Part shown: one piece after another, positions 24,265 through 38,074 of the stretch | Position numbering within the stretch: position 1 is the stretch's first letter | Layout of the letters: the number at the start of each line of letters is the position of its first letter | Assembly: GCA_951406725.2 (NCBI GenBank) | Contig: OX597840.1 | Coordinates: forward strand, 29,450,001-29,514,000 | Length of the DNA: 64,000 bases | From: Octopus vulgaris | Lineage: Eukaryota | Reading direction: 5' to 3' | The notes under the pieces: model-generated | What the model was told of the DNA's origin: nothing | The model's database searches: none | Seen by the model: only the letters and a program-made list of their open reading frames with translations | Made by a program: the position numbers and the translations under genes

Positions 24265-24727
24265 GGAAGCACTCTGTTGGTTCCGACGACGAGGGTTCCG
24301 GTTGATCCGAATCAACGGAACAGCCTGCTCGTGAAATTAACGTGTAAGTGGCTGAGCACTCCACTGACACGTGTACCCTTAACGTAGTTCTCGGGGATAT
24401 TCAGCGTGACTCAGAGAGTGACAAGGCCGGCCCTTTGAAATGGAAGCACTCCGTCGGTTACGACGACGAGGGTTCCGGTTGATCCGATCAACGGAACAGC
24501 CTGCTCGTGAAATTAACGTGTAAGTGGCTGAGCACTCCACAGACACGTGTACCCTTAACGTAGTTCTCGGGGATATTCAGCATGACACAGAGAGTGACAA
24601 GGCCGGCCCTTTGAAATACAAGTACAACAGAAACAGGAAGTAAGAGTGAGAGAAAGTTGTGGTGAAAGAGTACAGCAGGGATCACCGCGAGTCCACTGCC
24701 CTAACCACTGGGCCATTGCGCCTCCAC
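24265..24727 (-). mobile_element. SINE family B with tandemly duplicated 3' module
   Basis: ggaagcactc...ggccggccctttgaaat occurs twice (~24265 and ~24442); head ccactgggccattgcgcctcc at ~24706-24726. Confidence 0.75.
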
Positions 24728-25590
24728 ATCCAAAAATGTATGCATTCTTTGATGTAAGAACAGCACTCACAGCCGAAGACAAAATATATATTTACACAAA
24801 TCTAGGTGGAGAATTCTCTCACAGGAATATTTGTGCAGTTCCTGCATGCTTCAAAATGCTTACAGGGAGATTTTTGCCTCTATACCAGCCAATGGTATAA
24901 GCAAAGAATTGAGCTTTTGACACAGTGATGGCAACAGATAATAGAATATGATGGAATACATTTTGGTGAATAAGATGCAGGTTGGAAGAATTTCCCTTTT
25001 ATCTTTTACTTGTTCTTGTCATTAGACTGCAGCCATGTGGGGGGTCGGGGAGACACCTTGAAAAATGTTAGTCGAATGAATCAATCGCAGTACTTGTGCT
25101 TTTTGAACCTGATAATTATTCTATCGGTCTCTTTTGCCATACTGCTAAGTTACAGGGATGTAAACACACAAACACCACTTGTCAAACAGTGGTGGAGGAC
25201 AAACACAGGTACAAACATGCACACATACACATACACTCATACAAAGGGCTTTTTTCAGTTTCTATTTATCAATCCACTCATAAGATTTTGGTCAGCCTGG
25301 ACCTCTCTAGTAGAAAACACTTGTCCAAGGTGCCAGGCAGTGGGACTGAACCAGGAAGCATGTGGTTGGGAAGTGCAAGTCTTACCATGCAGCCACTCCT
25401 GTACCTCTACAGAACCACCCTGCATGACTTTACACTAACACACACACACACACACACACATAGTCATACATATACATTCATTATGTAAATTTTCACTTCA
25501 AATTTTGTGTATGATGTAAATGATTTAAACAGCATCTTCAGCGTTTGTCTCCATTTTCCATAGGTTCTTATATATTTTGGTAAAAAAAAA

Positions 25591-26600
25591 TTAAATAAAG
25601 TCAGAAAAGGCAGAAAAATGTATTTTAGAGAATGTTTAATATTTTTCTTACAGTGAAAGATTTAAAATACAACCAGTTTTGATGTATCCATCTTATCAAA
25701 TATGAATGACAGTTTTTTGGAGAAGTCAAAAAGAAAACACATACACACACACACAAAACATTCCCAGAAACCAAACACCATAATAACGCACACACAATAG
25801 CACACACACCACACACACATCACAATAACACATGCATACACACAAAATATTCCCATAAAACCAAAAAACACTGCATAAACCCAAAGACCACAAATTCCAG
25901 AACATATTGTCAAAAAACCAAAAAGAGCACACATACACACACTCACACTGACAAAACAACACACACACACACAACAAATCCTTTGAATGATCATCCTTAA
26001 AAAACCCACTGAACCACTGATCATATTCTCTCAATAGAAAAATGGAAAAGAAGAAATATTTTGACAATATATTATAAACACCCCACACATCCCCACACAC
26101 TCACACAGACAAAACAATACACACACAACAAAGTGAAAGATAATTCCTTCCAAATCCTTTGAATGACCATCCTTAAAAAGAGACATTTAACCACTGACCA
26201 TATTCTCTCAAGAGAAAAAGGGAGAAAATAAAAATGCTTTGACAATATATTCCAAAAAGATACAGCTGGCCATATTCCTGAATAGAAACAACCTATTAAG
26301 TTCAAAAGACTTCTTTTCAATAGAATTCCTGAAACTTTAACTCTTGTACCCAACTCCAAACCTACATAGACAAAACATCTAATAAGAATCAACTCTAAAC
26401 TAAAATTTCTCTGTGCACTAAAACACAGGTAAAAACTTTTAACCCCCAATATTTTTTCCCTTTGACTTCCTCAAAAATTCTTTTTAATATTTGATAAGAT
26501 GAATACATCGAAACCGGTTATATTTTAAATCATTCACTGTAACAAAAATATTAAACATTCTCTAAAATATACTTTTGTGCCTTTTCCAACTTTATTTACT
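25591..26600. mobile_element. Fold-back/MITE-like element with ~112 bp terminal inverted repeats
   Basis: 25591-25703 is a diverged reverse complement of 26488-26600; internal direct repeats at ~25974 and ~26151. Confidence 0.65.
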
Positions 26601-27006
26601 TTTTTAACCATAATTTCTGATTTATATAGAATCATAACACATTTTCAACTATATATATATATGTATGTATGTATGTGTGTGTATGTATATATATATATAT
26701 ATATATAAATATGTGAATATATATGTATGTATGTATGTGTAAATATATATATATATATATAATCAAAATGAGGGTGAAATATTGGATATTAATTTGATAA
26801 CATCAATTTTAACAGCAGTCGTCTAGCATATAAAAAAACTGAGATTCAGTAAATAGTATTTCATACATAAATATAATTTAGATTAATCATAAACAATTGT
26901 TTCTGATGTGCTAATTTTTCTGGAGAACAATTCTTAGTGGTGAAGACCATAGCGGATCTTCTTCTAGCATAAGGGATTCCACATAGTGGTTAAAAAAATT
27001 TCCTCT

Positions 27007-27057
<51 letters not shown>

Positions 27058-27237
27058 GTGTCATTAACCAGTGGAGGTTTTCCTGGGGTCAAAATGTAGT
27101 AACGTTTGTCATGTATGGAACAGCCACATAAAAGTGGTAACAAACATTTCTATCTAGTACTGTTACTATGAGAATCTCTTTCAGCGATTTCAAGACCAGC
27201 TACTTTATACACACACACATGCACCACACAGATATAT

Positions 27238-27284
<47 letters not shown>

Positions 27285-27359
27285 CGCCATGTTGAATTGC
27301 TAGCTTCTGCATGCATTTTTTTTCTCTCCTTGTTTCTCTCCGTGTTTCTTTTCTGTGTA

Positions 27360-27397
27360 TCTTTCTGTCGAAGAGCGTAGGCTCGAAACGTAAAAGA
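27360..27397 (+). ncRNA. Ultra-minimal hammerhead-like motif
   Basis: TCTTT-CTGTCGA-AGAGC-GTAG-GCTC-GAAAC-GTA-AAAGA: stem I tcttt/aaaga, stem II gagc/gctc, core deviates from CUGANGA. Confidence 0.4.
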
Positions 27398-27952
27398 CTT
27401 GTTTTATTTCTATTCCTGAGCGCCATACTAATACAATTGTTTGTTTGTATTCCACCTGCCTTCGTCTTTTGTTTATTTTCATAAAGCTTCCTGTTATATA
27501 TACATCTCGAATGGAGATAGCTCAGAAAGCATCGATAGAAAGCTCACCTCGCATTTCAAAGCCAGATAGTGGTTCACTTGGCAAGATCCCGCAGACTATG
27601 TCTTCGGTAATGACATTTGAGGATGTTGACGACGACGACGACGACGACGACGATGATGATGATGATGATGATGAAGATGACGATGACGACGACGACGATG
27701 AGGATGACATTGAAGAAGATGATAAGCATACTACTTTTGATAGCTCCAACAGAATAAGCTCAATGCAAAGCACCAATATGTCAATTTATTAGCTGTCCTG
27801 CAATTCCCTCCCAGATCCCTGCATAGCCTAAACAAATGACTTTTTATTTTTTTTGTAATTTTCCTTACTTGTCCTGTTTTTTTCTTTTTCTCTCTTCTTC
27901 TTTGGCAGATATGGCACATAAAGCGTTGGTCAGGCCCTGGGAATGGCCCCTC

Positions 27953-28180
27953 GGAGGCGCAATGGCCCAGTGGTTAGGGCTGTGGACTTGCGGTCGGAGG
28001 ATCGCGGTTTCGATTCCCAGACCGGGCGTTGTGTGTGTTTATTGAGCGAAAACACCTAAAAGCTCCACGAGGCTCTGGCAGGGGGTGGTGGTGATCCCTG
28101 CTGTACTCTTTCACCACTCTAAAGGCGGTGCTCCAGCATGGCTGCAGTCAAATGACTGAAACAAGTACAAAAAAAAAAAA
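27953..28180 (+). mobile_element. Chimeric SINE: family B head joined to family A 3' tail
   Basis: ggaggcgcaatggcccagtggttaggg...tactctttcaccactc then taaaggcggtgctccagcatggctgcagtcaaatgactgaaacaagtac. Confidence 0.8.
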
Positions 28181-28418
28181 ATATATATATATATATATAT
28201 GTATATGAAATAACCAGATGAGTATATCTGAAAGTAAACTCATAGTATCAGTTTGCACAACACGAAATAATACTTAAAGTATATAACCAAAATTACCAGC
28301 ACTGTATAAATTATACTTCATTAGTATCCCCTACTTTAGTTAATACTTAAGTTTATTAAATATAAAGGAACTACATGAGTTTCAGTATTGGAAGATTGCA
28401 ATATATATATATATATAT

Positions 28419-28808
28419 CATCATCATCATCATCGTCGTTTAGCGTCCGTTTTCCATGCTAGCATGGGTTGGACGGTTCTACTGGGGTCTGTGAAGCCAG
28501 AAGGCTTCATCAGGCCCAGTCAAATCTGGCAGTGTTTCTACGGCTGGATGCCCTTCCTAACGCCAACCACTCCGTGAGTGTAGTGGGTGCTTTTTACGTG
28601 CCACCCGCACAGGTGCCAGACAGAGCTGGCAAACGGCCATGAACGGATGGTGCTTTTTATGTGCCACCGGCACAAGGGCCAGGCGAGGCTGGCAACGGAC
28701 ACGAAACGGGGCGGTGCTGGCAACGGTCGCGAAATGGAAGGTTCTCTTACATGCCACCGGCACTGGTAACACATCTGCAATTTCCATTGATCGATTTCCA
28801 TTTCTGAT
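28419..28808 (-). mobile_element. RTE-type 3' end
   Basis: Near-identical to 23649-24050. Confidence 0.8.
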
Positions 28809-29513
28809 CCATATATATATATATATTAATAGTTATCACCATATTGATATGGCAGTCTTATAAATATAAGACTAAAGTTGTTGCTGATTAGCTCCAAGAG
28901 GCCACCGCCTGAAGCTAGCTATTTGACATATATACATATCCACTACCGTATACATGTATATATACACATATGTAAATACATATATGCAATCGTCAGATTT
29001 ACAATTATTCCAACACATCTTCAGGTTATATTTCAAAATATTACATATCTAATACAATTAAGCATTAAAGATTAAAAATTAGAAATAAAAATTATACTTT
29101 GTAATATTAAGAATTAAAATTTATAGATTATGCATTATGAATATGAATTAGTATATATATCAATCATGTAATATCAAGTATATGTCAAACACAGAATGTG
29201 AGATATAAGATTATACATCAGAATTAAAATGTCTGTGCTTAAATGTGATATATAAGAGATAAAATTCAAATTGCTGGTACTAAAATGGTAATTAGAGGAA
29301 GATGATAGCAGGGAACTATGGGTATTTATAGGTGATTAGTACCAAGGAGGGGGGGTAATTACACTATACATAGTTTTAATTTTAAATTATCCTCTATTAT
29401 CATTTTCACATTTACATATATTAGGAGGGATATATAATTTGTTATTATATAATTTTAGTAATATTTAATTCATATATTTATTTAGAATACTGCATTATTT
29501 TTTTTATTTATAT

Positions 29514-29685
29514 AGGCGCAGGAGTGGCTGTGTGGTAAGTAGCTTGCTAACCAACCACATGGTTCCGGGTTCAGTCCCACTGCGTGGCATCTTGGGCAGG
29601 TGTCTTCTGCTATAGCCCCGGGCCGACCAATGCCTTGTGAGTGGATTTGGTAGACGGAAACTGAAAGAAGCCTGTCGTATATATG

Positions 29686-29726
<41 letters not shown>

Positions 29727-29937
29727 CTGTGTTTGTCTCCCTAGCATTGCTTGACAACCGATGCTGGTGTGTTTACGTCCCCGTCACTTAGCGGTTCGGC
29801 AAAAAAAAGAGACCGATAGAATAAGTACTGAGCTTACAAATAATAAGTCCCAGGGTCGATTTGCTCGACTAAAGGCGGTGCTCCAGCTTGGCCGCAGTCA
29901 AATGACTGAAACAAGTAAAAGAGAAAAGAGTGAAAGA
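29514..29937 (+). mobile_element. SINE family A, full length
   Basis: aggcgcaggagtggctgtgtgg...gactgaaacaagtaaaagag. Confidence 0.85.
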
Positions 29938-30216
29938 GAATGTGTTCAAGTGCTTTAGAAATAAAATTAAGTGGTTATTTGATTCAGGGTCTGGGGGTTC
30001 AGTACTTCATTTTACTAAATGTAAAATTACTTTGGTGCCTACATTTAACTCCTCGTTCATCATATGTGTTTAATAAATCATCTCTAGACTGTAGTAGTTT
30101 CATAAATTCTGTTATGCATAATAAAAGGCAGTGCTCCAGCATGGCTTCAGTCAACTGACTGAAACAAGTACAAGAAAAAAGAAACAACACACACACACAC
30201 ATATTTATATATAAAT

Positions 30217-30256
<40 letters not shown>

Positions 30257-30337
30257 ACACATGTATATGTATGTATACATATATATATATATATATATAT
30301 ATGCATATATAACTACACAAACATACACATGCATGCA

Positions 30338-30388
<51 letters not shown>

Positions 30389-31825
30389 CACACACACATA
30401 GGAGAAATAAATTGAAAGTTATAATGAATAAATGCTCTAATTGGTCAAGGCAAATTTAAGATTCCCATATTATCATGAATTAGATATAAATATATGTTAA
30501 AACATCAGGGCACCCAATGGTAAAACCCAATAGCATAAAATATATATATATATACATGAATAAAAGGCGTTAAAACCTCAAAGGGTAATACAAGTGAAGT
30601 CGAATGAAGAAAAACATATGAATTAATGTATAATAAAAGTGACTAAAAATTTAAGGCAATGAAACCAAAATAAAATAAATATAAATAAAAATAAAAAGGG
30701 AAATAAAGGGCCAAGTGATAACCAGAAAAGGGTCTGTTCAAATGCATTTATTGCTTCAAAGGATATGCATAGAGGCATTATATGGCTAAACAGTTATAAC
30801 ATTCACTTTATAAATGCTGGGTCCAAGGTTCAGTTCCAGTTGATGCAATCTAGGGCAAATTCAATTTTTCATAGCTTTGAGAGAACCTATATCTTATGAA
30901 TGAAAGTGGATAGATAAAAACTATTGAAACCCTTCAGGTGGATTGCACCAGTAATTCGATAGGTACAGCCTTGTCACACACACACACAAGCACACACACA
31001 CACACACACACAGGCCCAAACACACATACACTCATACACACACGGACACATTAATGTCCCCTCAGCATCACTTCACAACCGATGCTGGTGTGTTTACGTA
31101 CCATAACTTAGCAGTTTGGCAAAAAAGATCAATAGAATAAGTACTAGGCTTACAAAGAATAAGCTCTGGGGTCAATTTGCTCGACTATAAAGGCAGTGGT
31201 CCAGCATGGCTGCAGTCAAATGACTGAAACAAAAAAAAAGTACAATATCCACATACCTATTTGTGACATAGGTTGCGTTTCCACTACAACTTAAAATTGT
31301 CAGAAATTGTCCGGTGATTGCCATTTGAATGGAAATTTTGCTTTCACAATAAAACACATATTGCTAAGTTTGTACCACCCTCTTGAGACCCAACTACACT
31401 CTAGCTGAAAAAAATTACCTCATAGGTAATGTAAATATTCTAAATTCAGTGGTAGTGTTAATGAAGATATGTGCCAATTTTAAACTTATCTTTATTAATG
31501 TATATTGAATTATACATAGATATATACAAAATTTACGCCGATATGAGTTAGAACTTGTGATCTGCCTGTGGACCTTTTGCTTTGAAAATTTTTGCCTGCT
31601 GCACTAAAAAGTTTCCCCACCCCTGATTTAAGGGACACAATACATGTCTTAAAGCACTACTAATAGTTTCATATGTTGAGAAATATCTCAAACATATTCT
31701 TCAAGCACAAACCTCGTATAATGAACTAAAAAAAGTGAATAACAGAAGAAATGTAAAAAAACTTGGAAAGCAGCAAAGAGAAAATGCAGAAAATAAAAAA
31801 TGGAAAATAAAGAAAGGTGAATTGG

Positions 31826-31829
<4 letters not shown>

Positions 31830-31859
<30 letters not shown>

Positions 31860-32295
31860 TTAGCGTCTACTTTCCATGCTAGCATGGGTTGGACAGTTCA
31901 GCTGGGGTCTGGGAAGCCAGAAGGCTGCACCAGGCCCAGTCAGATCTGGCAGTTTCTACAGCTGGATGCCCTTCCTAACGCCAACCACTCCGTGAGTGTA
32001 GTGGGTGCTTTTTATGTGCCACCGACACAGGTGCCAGACGAGGCTGGCAAACGGCCATGCTCGGATGGTGTTTTTTTGTGCCACCGACACAGGTGCCAGA
32101 TGAGGCTGGCGAACGGCCATGCTCGGATGGTGTTTTTTTGTGCCACCGACACAGGTGTCAGATGAGGCTGGCGAACGGCCATGCTCGGATGGTGTTTTTT
32201 TGTACCACCGGCACAGGTGCCAGACGAGGCTGGCGAACGGCCATGCTCGGATGGTGTTTTTTTGTGCCACTGACACAGGTGCCAGACGAGGCTGG
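31830..32295 (-). mobile_element. RTE-type 3' end with ~5 tandem ~61 bp units
   Basis: Repeated tgtgccaccgacacaggtgccagacgaggctggc.aacggccatgctcggatggtgttttt. Confidence 0.85.
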
Positions 32296-33110
32296 AGAAA
32301 TGGAAACACTAAAAGCTCAAATTTAAAATGTAAAAAGATAAAAGAGTTATCCCCCTTAGACATTAATCCTTTAGCATTTAAACTGGCCATATCTGTCTCA
32401 AATATTCCATGTGCTTTATGTTTAAACCAGCCAGATCCAGCTTCTCATGCCTACCCTACAAGGTCATTCTAAAGACATACAGTCGCGTCATTGAAATCTT
32501 GAAGCCACAAGATAATACATGATTAATTCAAAATAATGTAAATAAATAGGGATTACATTTGACAGAATAATCTGAATGCTAAGTGGTTAAATTATAGTGT
32601 TGGAAAGACATCAACAAGTCAATCAGGAATAGGTGGAATTTTCCAATTCTTCAAAATATATTTATACATATGCTTGCAACTACTGAAAATTTCTGATCTA
32701 GAGTTCAGTAGAGAGTTAGGGATCTTAGATCTGGACAGGACCTGTGCTCTTTCAGCTAAGGCGGCGAGCTGGCAGAAACGTTAGCACTTCGGGTGAAATG
32801 TTTAGCGGTATTTCGTCTGTCTTTATGTTCTGAGTTCAAATTCTGCCAAGGTCGACTTTGCCTTTCATCCTTTCGCGGTTGATTAAATAAGTATGGCACA
32901 CACATTTAATCACTGTGAATGAATCATTTGTGCAGAAGTTGAATGCTCATACATCATCTTCAATGGGAGAGTCCATCATATACATATATATATATATATA
33001 TAATACTTAATCATATCAAAGGGAAATTGAAATTAATAGAAATTTTCATTTCCAGTGGCCTAACGCGTAAAAATTTGGTCCCAAAAGACTATGAATTAGT
33101 CATAATGTAT

Positions 33111-33342
33111 AGTATACATTTAAACACATGAGGAATCCACTCGTGGGATTCAACATGCTAGAAAGAACAGCTAGGTTCTATAACCACAAAATTAGGGATA
33201 AAATTCGACAGGAACGAAATGAAAAAATAAAAACATTTCACCTGTCGAATTTTATCCCTAATTTTGTGGTTATATAACCTAGCTGTTCTTTCTAGCGTGT
33301 TGAATCCCACAAGTGGATTCCTCATGTGTTTAAATCTACACT
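33111..33342. repeat. Fold-back inverted repeat (~100 bp arms) between (TA)n tracts
   Basis: 33111-33212 is the reverse complement of 33241-33342. Confidence 0.9.
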
Positions 33343-33351
33343 GATTTAGAT

Positions 33352-33404
<53 letters not shown>

Positions 33405-33431
33405 ATTAAACCTCGCTAAATTAAATATTTA

Positions 33432-33500
33432 AACCACCTGATGAATGACTGTAACTCGAAAATTTAAAGAAATTAACAGCCATGAAACGATCGTAGTGTT
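33432..33500 (+). ncRNA. Minimal type I hammerhead ribozyme
   Basis: CAC-CTGATGA-ATGACTGT..ACAGCCAT-GAAAC-GATC-GTA-GTG: canonical core, stem II, palindromic stem III ACGATCGT, GUA site. Confidence 0.75.
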
Positions 33501-33716
33501 ATATTAATTATATTTTTATTAATTTTGTTATATATTTAAATAATATAAATTAAATAATCTTACATATTGGCTTAAGTTTTTCATTGTATGATTTGCCTAA
33601 TAGTGGTTTTATCTCTAATTTAATATAATATAATATTTTACTATAAAATTGGATTCAATCCTAAATCTGATTTTTCCCTGTAAGTTTGGATTTATTCCCT
33701 AATATTTATTATTATA

Positions 33717-33768
<52 letters not shown>

Positions 33769-34036
33769 CACTTTGGACATATGTAATGCAAAAAGAAATC
33801 AAAACTGGACAATAACAACCAATAGTTACTAATCCCTGGATTAGAGAGTAGAATTACAATATATATAAGTTAGAAAAGTTATCATGTATTGGGAAGTCAG
33901 AATTTGCAAATGGAAACACGGCATATACGCTTAGCAATTTATCAAAGTTGATGCTGTGCTGAAGGAAAATTTGTTGTTGTTGCTGTTGTTGTTAGTTGTG
34001 TTGTTGTTGTTGATATTGGTGCTGCTGTTGTTGCAG

Positions 34037-34075
<39 letters not shown>

Positions 34076-34219
34076 TTCCTCTTAAAACGTAAACTTGCAG
34101 ACGGAAGTAGACACATGTCGGAAAATAATGGAAAGATATACGATACAGACATATCTGAGAAACTTTTATCACAATCATCTAGTTAGATGTCAGGTACTGA
34201 TATAGCAGTGACACATATG

Positions 34220-34269
<50 letters not shown>

Positions 34270-35280
34270 TATATATATACATATATATATGTGTGTATAT
34301 ATATACATTTATATGTGTGTGTGTATATATATATATACTGAAATCTGTTGAATTTACATCTCTCTCTCTCTGTATGTATATATATGTCTGATCATGTGTG
34401 TGTGTGTCCATGTATGTAAGTATATATGTCAGTGTGTATATACATATATATACATATGCCTATATATATTCTTTTATTCTTTTATTTGTTTCAGTCCTAT
34501 TTGACTGTGGCCATGCTGGAGCACCCACTTTAGTCAAACAAATCAATCTCATGATTTATTCTTTGTAAGCTTAGGACTTATTCTAATGGTCTCTTTTGCC
34601 GAACTGCTAAGTTATATCTCTTCTCTGTCTATCTCTCTTCCTCTCTTGTTCTTCATCTTTTCTGGTTTTCTCTCCCACCCTTCCCTATTCCTCTCCCCTT
34701 CACCGTTCCCTCTCTCTCACTCCTCCTCTTTGACTCTCTCGTCGCTGACACATGATGAGAGGGAATCCATCTTTCCAACTGCTACCTTCACAAAGACTAA
34801 ATGGGCTTATCCTGTCTCTTCATAAGCCGTCTCCTTAAGCGTTCAGAATCCTTTTCCCATCGTCTTGGCTTAACAGCCCTCATCGTTTGTTTTTACTGTT
34901 CCGTTCTCACTTTCCTGTTCTTGTTACCACTTTCACCCTTTGCAAAAAATCCCAAATTTTATTTAATTTGCTTTGCGGGAAGGATTGTTTCAACGAAGTC
35001 GCGTCTTGTCCTTACCTTCGAAACACAGAGTACATGAAGCAGGGACAACTGAAGAAGGAGAATATTCTTTATGTTGTATGTCTCGTTTCCTTGTTTTTTT
35101 CGTTGTTTGAAAAAAAGTTTGTTTCTATGTTTTCATTTCGCATTGTGTTCAACGTTTTTTGATATCCTGTACCCATATATGCTTGTATATATGCATATAT
35201 ATGCAGGTATGTACATATTTGTATGTATATATGCATATATTTATATATCATTTATATTATATATATGTATATATATATAT

Positions 35281-35335
<55 letters not shown>

Positions 35336-35341
35336 TACATA

Positions 35342-36095
35342 CAGTCTTGGCCAAAAGTATTAGGCCATCCCAATGTTTTGCAGTTTTGCTATGCATCCAA
35401 CATAAAGCTAATATTATTTTTCCTGTTTTTAGTCAGGTTTTTGGTACATCTCGTGCAACTTTCATGCGTCACAGCCTTGGGGAAGCATTTAAGACTGAAT
35501 GTCTGGTACCAACCATAAAACAAGGGGATGGTTCTAACATAGTGTGGGCCTGCATGTCTGTCACAGGACCCAGTGAAATGTTTTTATGTCAGGGAAGGAT
35601 AAATTCAGTTACCTTTGCTTCTACATTATCGGATGTTTTAGAGCCATCAATTGCTAAATTGCATCCAGGAGTGTCGAAAAACAGTGTTATCTTTCAACAG
35701 GACAACATCCATGTCATACAGCAAAGAATACTCATCAATGGTTTGAGACACGGTATTGTTCCCATGGACTGTCCAGCTCAAAGTCCAGATCTAAATCCGA
35801 TCGAACACCTATGAGGAACTCTTGGTGAAGCTATCAGGAACACAACAATTGAAAATAAAAGGCATTTGTACCAAACGTTAAGAGAAGAAGGGAGTAAAAT
35901 TGCACCTAGCACCTGCAAGAAACTAGTTGATTCAATGCCTAACTGTATAAAAGCGGTAATTGATGCTAAAGGAGGGTCAAACAGATTTTAAAGCTAATGT
36001 ATATTGTGAAATATACCATGTGCACGAGTTTCATTAAAATTGAGATAGCAGAACCCCAAAACATTGGGGTGACCTAATACTTTTGGCCAAGGCTT
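35342..36095 (+). mobile_element. Internally deleted Tc1 transposon
   Basis: TIRs cagtcttggccaaaagtattagg / cctaatacttttggccaaggctt with TA flanks; transposase C-terminus PTIKQGDGSNIVWACMS..FQQDN..PAQSPDLNPIEHL..VIDAKGG. Confidence 0.9.
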
Positions 36096-36299
36096 TATAT
36101 GTGAAATGTGTAAATTTTATATTTTTAATTTCACGTATGCAATTTGTTTGTTTTTGATTTTGTCAACTACACAGTATAGTAGGGTCAGTTGGGCACTGCT
36201 GAGAGAAAAACAGCACCATAATGCAATTCACTCTGCCAGAAATTTGGAAACGACCTGCTGTACTGTTTGGCCATCACACCTGAAGCTCCTATACGAATA

Positions 36300-36710
36300 G
36301 ATGGTGAACACACACAACAACTTTTGGCTTGCCATGTTCCCAAAACATGTACTGAGAGTGACAAAAATTAAACATCCACTCAACATGATGGTGTTTGGAG
36401 TGATCACTAGTGATGGCAACGTTATGCCTCCATTCATCTTCCTACACGACCTCATACTCAACATGGAGGCTTACATCAAGTGCTTGGAGGTGGTAGTGCT
36501 TCCTTGGGTCAAGAGGGTGGCTGCTGGAAGACAATGTGTCTGGCAACAGGACTTTGCACCATGCCACACAAGCAGGAGAACCTAGCCGTGGCTGTCAGAC
36601 AATTTCTGCAACCACATCACCCCTAACATCTGGCCACCTAACTGCCCAGACTGCAACTCCCTTGATTATCATATATGGAGCACAGTTGAGCAAGAGACCA
36701 ACAAAGTTCC
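36300..36710 (+). mobile_element. IS630/Tc1/mariner (maT-like) transposase fragment
   Basis: KHPLNMMVFGVITSDG..YIKCLEVVVLPWV..WQQDFAPCHTSRRT*..WPPNCPDCNSLDYHIW. Confidence 0.8.
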
Positions 36711-38074
36711 TTTACACACACTTATATATATACATATAATCAATTTACACACACACAAACAAAATAAAAACATACATAAATATTATATATATCGTTACCT
36801 GCGTTGTCTTACTGGTACTTGTGCTGGTGGCACGTGAAAAAACATTCGAGCGAGGTCTTTGGCAGTGCCGCTGGACTGGCTCCTGTGCAGGTGGCACACA
36901 AAAAGCACCATTTGAGCATGGCCGTTGCCAGTGCCGCCTGACTGGCCCTCATGCTGGTGGCATGTAAAAAGCACCCACTACACTCTCGGAGTGGTTGGCG
37001 TTAGGAAGGGCATCCAGCTGTAGAAACTCTGTCAGATCAAGATTGGAGTCTGGTGCAGCCATCTGGTTTGCCAGACCTCAGTCAAATCGTCCAACCCATG
37101 ATGATGATGATGATACAGAGAGATTATAATTTAAATGCAGAAATATATGTGCATGTGAGTTTGTGTGTATAAGTATGTATGTACATGCATATATGAGATA
37201 TAGACTGTTATCATACAGTAAAACCTGGGTATATCATCATTAATATAATACAGTATAGTTTCTAAAGGCTATTTCCATCACAGGTGAATTGATAACATGT
37301 GGGTGCCAGGATAAACCTTGGTAAACTTATTCATCACATGGTCGCTTTGTCTGACTGCATCTCCATGAAATTCTTGACATAGCTTTCTTTTCTTCTTGTG
37401 ACTGCATCTCGAGATTAGTTCAGTTCTTCTTTTTGTTGGGTGGTTTCTTATTTTGCCTTAACATTGTATATTAATCTATGAAAGCAACATTCAAATCTTT
37501 AAGCCTCTACAAAATAATATTTTCCTGGGCTCAATGAGGGACAAATTTACTTAGTTATTTACTGTCTCTCTTCTTTTTATAACCAAATATGTTATAACAA
37601 TGTCAGATCATCATTGTCTTTTTTCTTCACACACGTTTCAGAAAAAGCTGTTATTCTACATACAATGGCTTTTAAATATATTATCAATGAGTCCTTATAT
37701 GTCCTTTCATACTTGCTTTTATTTGGATGCCATTAATGATTCTCATTCTCTCTCTCTCAACTTCTTTCTGTTGAATGGACAGCACTGAGATTTTTTATCA
37801 AGACAATTCTTGAGTTTCTAAATCCTGAATAACACTGTTTACTTTTGTTCTTATTTATGCTTCACAAACTTCATAAGCAACTAAAACCTGATATTATATT
37901 ATTTCTATTATATATTTTGTGGCACCTAATGCAGGAAATTGGCTTAAAAATTGTTTTTGTGTTCCACAGTTGTTAAAATTCTAAGTGCAATGTTATTATT
38001 ATTATTATGGCATTTTTATAAAGTGGTAAGCTGGCAGAATTGTTAGCATGCTGGGCAAACTACTTTCTCTCTTT

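Noticed and set aside
26885-26975. Minus-strand hammerhead (ctagaaga...gaaac-aatt-gtt)
   Set aside because: Palindromic stem III is present but the core has an insertion and stem I does not pair; at most a decayed copy.
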